From positions 1-64,000 of IMG/VR virus record IMGVR_UViG_3300038393_000864: a DNA stretch of 64,000 nt; one strand, written 5' to 3'. Below the pieces are notes generated by a model. That model saw only the letters and a list, made by a program, of their open reading frames with translations. It searched no databases and had not been told where the DNA came from. The position numbers and the translations under genes were made by a program. The stretch's first letter is position 1; every line of letters starts with the position of its first letter. Origin of the DNA: a virus. This document shows positions 60,133-64,000 of this stretch, in pieces.

Positions 60133-60549
60133 CTACACTCCAACACAATAAAATGAATGATCTGCAATCCGCCTGTCAAACTTGCCCTTGCTTGCCCAAC
60201 TAGGCGGTGCCCCTGAGTGAAAACTGTCAACACATTTGCTTACAACGGCGTTCATTGTAGCAGCTTTTTTGAACTTGTCTACAAATTTCTTAGGAATTTT
60301 TACAGCTTTAAGATTCATGTCACGCTTCACAGACGAAAACTGATGTGACTCACGTACAACACTGCATACACTTTTCTTACGCTTCTTAGCCCTGTGTCTG
60401 ATGGTTTGCACAACTGCTGCTACTCCACGCACAGGTTGGTTGCCAGCTTCCTTGTACGCCACAGCCCTCAAGCAGATATCGTCGGCAGCTTTAACGTTTG
60501 CACCTGTTGCAAGTATAAGAGCCAGCAACAGGGCATTGCTTGTGCTCAA
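60133..60549 (-). CDS. secreted cell-wall hydrolase, SleB/Hydrolase_2-like, TTG start
   Basis: Signal peptide MSTSNALLLALILATGANVKA. YKEAGNQPVRGVAAVVQTIRHR..SVCSVV..HQFS pattern. GAGG lies 6 nt before the TTG. Confidence 0.65.
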   Translation of the reverse strand: MSTSNALLLALILATGANVKAADDICLRAVAYKEAGNQPVRGVAAVVQTIRHRAKKRKKSVCSVVRESHQFSSVKRDMNLKAVKIPKKFVDKFKKAATMNAVVSKCVDSFHSGAPPSWASKGKFDRRIADHSFYCVGV

Positions 60550-60710
60550 GAGTCAACCTCGACAATGACATGCTCATGCAAGGTTCGTGCGTGATCTTCT
60601 GCCTCATTGCGCGTGTCAAACTTACGAGCCTCTGATAGCGAGCAGGGCCAGCCTGAACCGAAAGTAGATTCGTAAGCACCATCTTCTACATATTGAATTA
60701 CGTATTTCAT
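60546..60710 (-). CDS. hypothetical protein (54 aa, below track cutoff)
   Basis: GGGAG SD. Hand-translated as MKYVIQYVEDGAYESTFGSGWPCSLSEARKFDTRNEAEDHARTLHEHVIVEVDS. Confidence 0.5.
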   Translation of the reverse strand: MKYVIQYVEDGAYESTFGSGWPCSLSEARKFDTRNEAEDHARTLHEHVIVEVDS

Positions 60711-60979
60711 CATCGCTCCCTGTCCGCTGGCTGGCCCATTTCCTCACGAGCTTTCTGTGCTGGGGTTCTTGTATCTTCTACACGAGACATCTCTACCAGA
60801 TTCTGTACTTCCACATCAAACCCTTGTGCACGATCAACAGCAATCGCTTCGTCACAGTACGAAAAGTAATATGTGCGATTATCGAACGGTACAGCTACAA
60901 CTTTACACTCTCCTACATGCGTTTCGCAGGTGCCATCGCAGATATTGTTCCATGTGTTCTTGAAGGCAGTATGAATCAT
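60710..60979 (-). CDS. hypothetical protein (89 aa)
   Basis: Coupled ORF. Confidence 0.55.
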   Translation of the reverse strand: MIHTAFKNTWNNICDGTCETHVGECKVVAVPFDNRTYYFSYCDEAIAVDRAQGFDVEVQNLVEMSRVEDTRTPAQKAREEMGQPADRER

Positions 60980-61269
60980 GCCAAGTCCTCCTTAAGAATG
61001 TTATCCGGCACATTGTTCAACAAATCGTTCACCTTCTCTCGCAGCCAAGCGTCTGTGTTTGGCGGGAAGCGTTTCAGTTCCAGGGCATCGTGTTGGGCGT
61101 ACACCCTAGCACCTGTCTGAAGTTCCACTAGATATAGTTCGTCAAAACTTTCTTCAGATAATCGCTTCTCAAGACCATCTAAAATCGTGCACTCAAGTCC
61201 AATTCTGGTGCCTTTCGCAATTCTGTCTTTCTTAACAACACAAACACTTCCTACAGGATACTCTCGCAT
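60976..61269 (-). CDS. hypothetical protein (97 aa), first gene of the leftward early operon
   Basis: AAGGAGGG SD before ATG 61269, about 22 nt downstream of the predicted start of leftward transcription. Confidence 0.6.
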   Translation of the reverse strand: MREYPVGSVCVVKKDRIAKGTRIGLECTILDGLEKRLSEESFDELYLVELQTGARVYAQHDALELKRFPPNTDAWLREKVNDLLNNVPDNILKEDLA

Positions 61270-61298
61270 AGACCCTCCTTGTGTCAAAATGTTCGCTC

Positions 61299-61327
61299 AT
61301 AGTACACGAGCTTGTGCGAGTCGTCAA
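61299..61327 (-). promoter_or_regulatory. leftward early promoter (TTGACG-17-TACTAT)
   Basis: Minus strand: TTGACG at 61327-61322 and TACTAT at 61304-61299. Confidence 0.65.
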
Positions 61328-61328
61328 C

Positions 61329-61346
61329 AGAAATCTTAAGATTTCT
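61329..61346. promoter_or_regulatory. perfect 18-bp palindrome AGAAATCTTAAGATTTCT (candidate operator)
   Basis: Lies 1 nt from the leftward -35 and 15 nt from the rightward -35. Related to the AAGAWTCTT element of the rightward promoters. Confidence 0.6.
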
Positions 61347-61361
61347 TACGCAAGAAGGCTA

Positions 61362-61390
61362 TTGACACGTCTGTTGTTCTGTGCCATCAT
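61362..61390 (+). promoter_or_regulatory. rightward promoter (TTGACA-17-CATCAT)
   Basis: TTGACA at 61362-61367 and a weak -10 CATCAT at 61385-61390. Confidence 0.45.
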
Positions 61391-61421
61391 GCTCCCGTTC
61401 ACAACAATTTTAGGAGGGAAC

Positions 61422-61553
61422 ATGTGTTTTCTAGGGCTGCATAAATGGAGTGTTTGGGGTGTTGTAGACAGGGCAGAGATTGATGGTCGCATCACTGCTG
61501 TACAGTTTCGTCACTGCCTGAAGTGTCGCAAAGCCGATTGGCGTCGAGTTTAA
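61422..61553 (+). CDS. small Cys-containing protein (43 aa), DUF1660-like
   Basis: AGGAGGG SD. MCFLGLHKWSVWG..HCLKCRK pattern. Confidence 0.5.
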   Translation: MCFLGLHKWSVWGVVDRAEIDGRITAVQFRHCLKCRKADWRRV

Positions 61554-61565
61554 TAAGGAGAACTT

Positions 61566-62216
61566 ATGAAAGTTAAAGTGATTCAAGGCGAATCTAATCT
61601 GTGGTATAGCGATCAAATTGGTAAGGTGTTCAGTGTGGAAGAAGAACTGGCATATGAGGGTTGGTATCGACTAATAGGGGAGTATGGACACGGTTCTAGA
61701 CTTCTGAAGGTTTGTGATGTGGAAGTTGTGTCTGTTATACAACGAAAATTCCCATTCAAAGTACGGTGTGTTGATAACGATACGTGGGAGAATACGTTGG
61801 AAGAAGGGGAAATTTACACGGCAGTAGGGGACAATAGTGGAGTGGATTATTTTATTGCAGGTCACGTAAACTCGTACAAGAAAAGTCGCTTTGAAATCGT
61901 CGAGGATGAAACTAAAAACATTCTTGGCCCTCAAACCTACCTCCCCGATCCTGAAGAGGAGAAATTTTATGAGGAATTCTATGATAAATATGCTCACAAC
62001 AAATACATGCGCGAAGTGAAGCCGGGTGTATGGGTTGATGTGTACGATGTCCTTCGTGCTTGGAATGTTGTTGACCCTTGCTTGCAGCATCTTCTCAAGA
62101 AGGCTCTCGCCAGCGGGCAACGAGGTCACAAAGATTTGAAGGAAGATTTGGAAGACATTCTTGCGTCCGCAAAGCGTGCTGTAGAAATGCATAAAGAGTG
62201 GAATAGTAATTCTTGA
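61566..62216 (+). CDS. hypothetical protein (216 aa), C-terminal DUF3310-like segment
   Basis: AAGGAGAAC SD. C-terminal VYDVLRAWNV..LQHLLKKALASGQRGHKDLKEDLEDI resembles DUF3310. Confidence 0.6.
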   Translation: MKVKVIQGESNLWYSDQIGKVFSVEEELAYEGWYRLIGEYGHGSRLLKVCDVEVVSVIQRKFPFKVRCVDNDTWENTLEEGEIYTAVGDNSGVDYFIAGHVNSYKKSRFEIVEDETKNILGPQTYLPDPEEEKFYEEFYDKYAHNKYMREVKPGVWVDVYDVLRAWNVVDPCLQHLLKKALASGQRGHKDLKEDLEDILASAKRAVEMHKEWNSNS

Positions 62217-62241
62217 CAAGAATCTTATCTCATGTTACTAT
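62213..62241 (+). promoter_or_regulatory. sigma70-type promoter P4 (TTGACA-17-TACTAT); -35 centred in the 15-bp palindrome ATTCTTGACAAGAAT
   Basis: TTGACA at 62213-62218, spacer beginning AGAATCTTA, TACTAT at 62236-62241. The palindrome spans 62209-62223. Confidence 0.65.
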
Positions 62242-62281
62242 TTGTGTATGGCGCAATGCCCATTAAACAAGAAAGGAAATT

Positions 62282-62527
62282 ATGGTTACGATGCACCCCG
62301 GACAGTTTATTCAACAAAATCTATTGCAACCTACAGGTATGTCCCAAGTAGCACTTGCAAGAAAGCTTGAAGTAGACAGTTCGACAGTATCTAGGATGTT
62401 ACGAGGAGAGGCAGATGTTACAGCAAGTATGGCCTTAAAACTTGAGAAAGTTTTCGACTGTTCAGCAGAATATTGGCTAACAATGCAAATGCAGTATAAC
62501 TTGCAGAAAGCTAAGGACGGAAAGTAA
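62282..62527 (+). CDS. XRE-family HTH protein, HigA/VapI antitoxin-like
   Basis: HPGQFIQQNLLQPTGMSQVALARKLEVDSSTVSRMLRGEADVTASMALKLEKVFDCSAEYWLTMQMQYNL matches the HigA pattern. Confidence 0.8.
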   Translation: MVTMHPGQFIQQNLLQPTGMSQVALARKLEVDSSTVSRMLRGEADVTASMALKLEKVFDCSAEYWLTMQMQYNLQKAKDGK

Positions 62528-62536
62528 TAAATTGTG

Positions 62537-62557
62537 GGGCGCTTCGGCGCCCTTTTT
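62537..62557 (+). terminator. rho-independent terminator
   Basis: GGGCGC-TTCG-GCGCCC followed by TTTTT. Confidence 0.8.
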
Positions 62558-62594
62558 GTTTTCATTAACCGATAGGAGGGTTTATGAGGAATTT

Positions 62595-63644
62595 ATGGGA
62601 AAGCACAAAACTAGCAGGCTTGCCAAAGTCGGAGATAAATTTACAATTAATTCTGGTGTAGAGCTTGAAGTGGTCTACGTTTTAAAGGGTGCCATTGTTG
62701 GTGTGGTTGACAAGCTTGGAACTTTGAAAGAGGTTCGTGCAGGACAGCTAGCCGCTAAAACGGTGAACTGGGAAAGTGCTACGCTTCCGTATGCTCGAAT
62801 TAAGGATAAAAGAGTTGGTCAAGTTTTTAAACTCAACTGTGGCATAACCGTAAAGATTGTTAGATACGAGAATTGCTACAAAGTGTTGGTGGAGGATGAA
62901 GAAGGAAATTCCAAAACCACAGGGTACTCGCAACTTAAGGAAGGTAGCGTATCTTGGAGAGAATTTATAAAGAAAGATGAGGCTAAAAAGGAGTACGTTC
63001 CGACCCCACCCTCAGTTAAAGTTGGAGATGAATTTGTACTTACATGCGGAGTGGTTGTCAAAATTGAAGAGTACATAAATACTGCCAATGTTACCGTAGT
63101 AGATACTTATGGAAATAGAAGAAGAGTTGGTGTTGCAAACCTTAAGAGGGGCAATGTAAGCTGGGCAGAGTTTGGATTTTCGTACCACAAAACTCTTAGA
63201 ACACGACTCCCTATAGGCTCAGTTCTTAAATCGAAGTTCGATGGGGAGTTTTCTATTCTCAGAATATACGATGCAAATCGCATAACTATTCAATGGGTTA
63301 ATACCGGACATATACAAGAAAACTGCAAGAGCAAGTATTTGTATAGCGGTAGTATTCGGGACACATCCCTCCCGAAGGTACGTAAATGCGACAAATATTA
63401 TGTTTATTTCGTATATGTTGTGGAAGAACTCGTGTACATAGGTAAGGGGAAAGGGAACAGGTTTCTCCATCCTACTAGTGGAAAGTCGTCTTGTGCCGAA
63501 TTAAATAGACATTTCTTTTTAGGAGATAGAATTGAAACCGTTATACAAAAAGAAGGACTTACAGATAAAGAAGCAAGTGCTCTAGAACGTGAAAGTATTA
63601 AAAACCTAAAACCCAAGTACAACAAGGTATTCTACAAGGGATAA
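62595..63644 (+). CDS. GIY-YIG endonuclease with C-terminal catalytic domain and four N-terminal ~50-aa repeats
   Basis: C-terminal YYVYFVY..LVYIGKGKGNRFLH..ERESI..PKYN. N-terminal repeats VGDKFTINSG..VNW, VGQVFKLNCG..VSW, VGDEFVLTCG..VSW and IGSVLKSKFDG... ATG at 62595. Confidence 0.7.
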   Translation: MGKHKTSRLAKVGDKFTINSGVELEVVYVLKGAIVGVVDKLGTLKEVRAGQLAAKTVNWESATLPYARIKDKRVGQVFKLNCGITVKIVRYENCYKVLVEDEEGNSKTTGYSQLKEGSVSWREFIKKDEAKKEYVPTPPSVKVGDEFVLTCGVVVKIEEYINTANVTVVDTYGNRRRVGVANLKRGNVSWAEFGFSYHKTLRTRLPIGSVLKSKFDGEFSILRIYDANRITIQWVNTGHIQENCKSKYLYSGSIRDTSLPKVRKCDKYYVYFVYVVEELVYIGKGKGNRFLHPTSGKSSCAELNRHFFLGDRIETVIQKEGLTDKEASALERESIKNLKPKYNKVFYKG

Positions 63645-64000
63645 CCATCTCATTTGCGAGTTGTGAAAAAGTTCAAAAGTAAAAATTGGATTCTGAGCTG
63701 CTGTCCAATTACCCTTGGGATCAATGAGGGGCATGGGCTCTACCGGGAAATTGTGTAGAGCTTGCCCTTCTTGCCTATTTTCTTATCCTCAAAAACACGT
63801 CTCATAAACGTACCCTTCCTCTACACAGCACCGTTCGGTGCAATCCCATCCCGTTAGGCAAGCCCCTCCCCTTCCGCTTCTAGAGCAGCTTTCAAAAGTT
63901 TTGAGCATGGCTTCGCCCATTACAGCGTTGTTGCTGTTTCCTCTGGACAATAAGGCTCCCTTCCCCTCATCTGAGAGGGACAATAAGCTGGGAGACAATT
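63645..64000. other. ORF-poor, highly self-complementary non-coding region with GACAAT direct repeats (function unknown)
   Basis: No credible ORF. Hairpins GGGCATGGGCTCTAC..GTAGAGCTTGCCC, GCACC-GTTC-GGTGC and CCCTC..GAGGG. Repeats GGACAATAAGGCT, GGACAATAAGCT and GAGACAAT. Confidence 0.5.

Noticed and set aside
63789-63998. 69-aa minus-strand ORF in the terminal non-coding region
   Set aside because: It has a non-ATG start, no SD and a Cys/Gly/Ser-rich composition. It overlaps extensive RNA-like secondary structure.
1-64000. CRISPR arrays, integrase/excisionase, CI-type repressor, rRNA genes, transposases
   Set aside because: None was found. There are no regularly spaced direct repeats, no tyrosine- or serine-recombinase motifs, and no rRNA-like segments. 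The only HTH gene is HigA-like, so lysogeny cannot be inferred from this window.

Overview
The window looks like most of a tailed dsDNA phage genome, with no host flanks visible. A siphovirus-type long non-contractile tail is inferred from the major tail protein, the G/GT chaperone pair and a 1980-aa tape measure. There are three transcriptional blocks. (1) A rightward late block (160-33527) carries an intron-split large terminase, portal, S49-type prohead protease, scaffold, decoration protein, lambda-E-like major capsid protein and head-completion genes. It continues with an unusually large receptor-binding/depolymerase cluster, tail-completion genes, major tail protein, G/GT chaperones, tape measure, two distal tail genes and a GH19 endolysin cassette. 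(2) A leftward early block (61269 down to 33679) is very tightly packed and translationally coupled. It encodes family B DNA polymerase, primase-helicase, SSB, FEN-type exonuclease, ThyX, class I RNR (nrdA/nrdB/nrdH-like), a MazG-like protein, a metallophosphoesterase, a CCA-adding-type nucleotidyltransferase, exported proteins/lipoproteins and many tiny ORFs. About 15 of those tiny ORFs fall below the 60-aa cutoff of the supplied track and were hand-translated. (3) A small rightward regulatory block (61422-63644) holds an XRE/HigA-like HTH gene. I found no rRNA, tRNA, CRISPR array, integrase or reverse transcriptase. The most notable observations are: (a) a 225-nt ORF-less td-like group I intron that splits the Walker A codons of terL, with a free-standing AP2-domain endonuclease-like gene directly upstream; (b) six to seven homing-endonuclease-type genes wedged between conserved gene pairs; (c) a class of rightward sigma70-type promoters sharing the extended TTGACAAGAWTCTTA element, related palindromes at the divergent early control region, and an orphan HTH gene; (d) a miniature HAD phosphatase ORF that seems to need an AUU start codon, behind a promoter embedded in a perfect 11-bp inverted repeat; (e) a C-terminal ~120-aa module present once as a separate small gene and once fused to a beta-helix tailspike; (f) a promoter-gene-terminator moron encoding a secreted protein with a PEP-CTERM-like tail; (g) structured non-coding DNA at both window edges. 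All functional calls come from motif recognition by eye. No database search was run.
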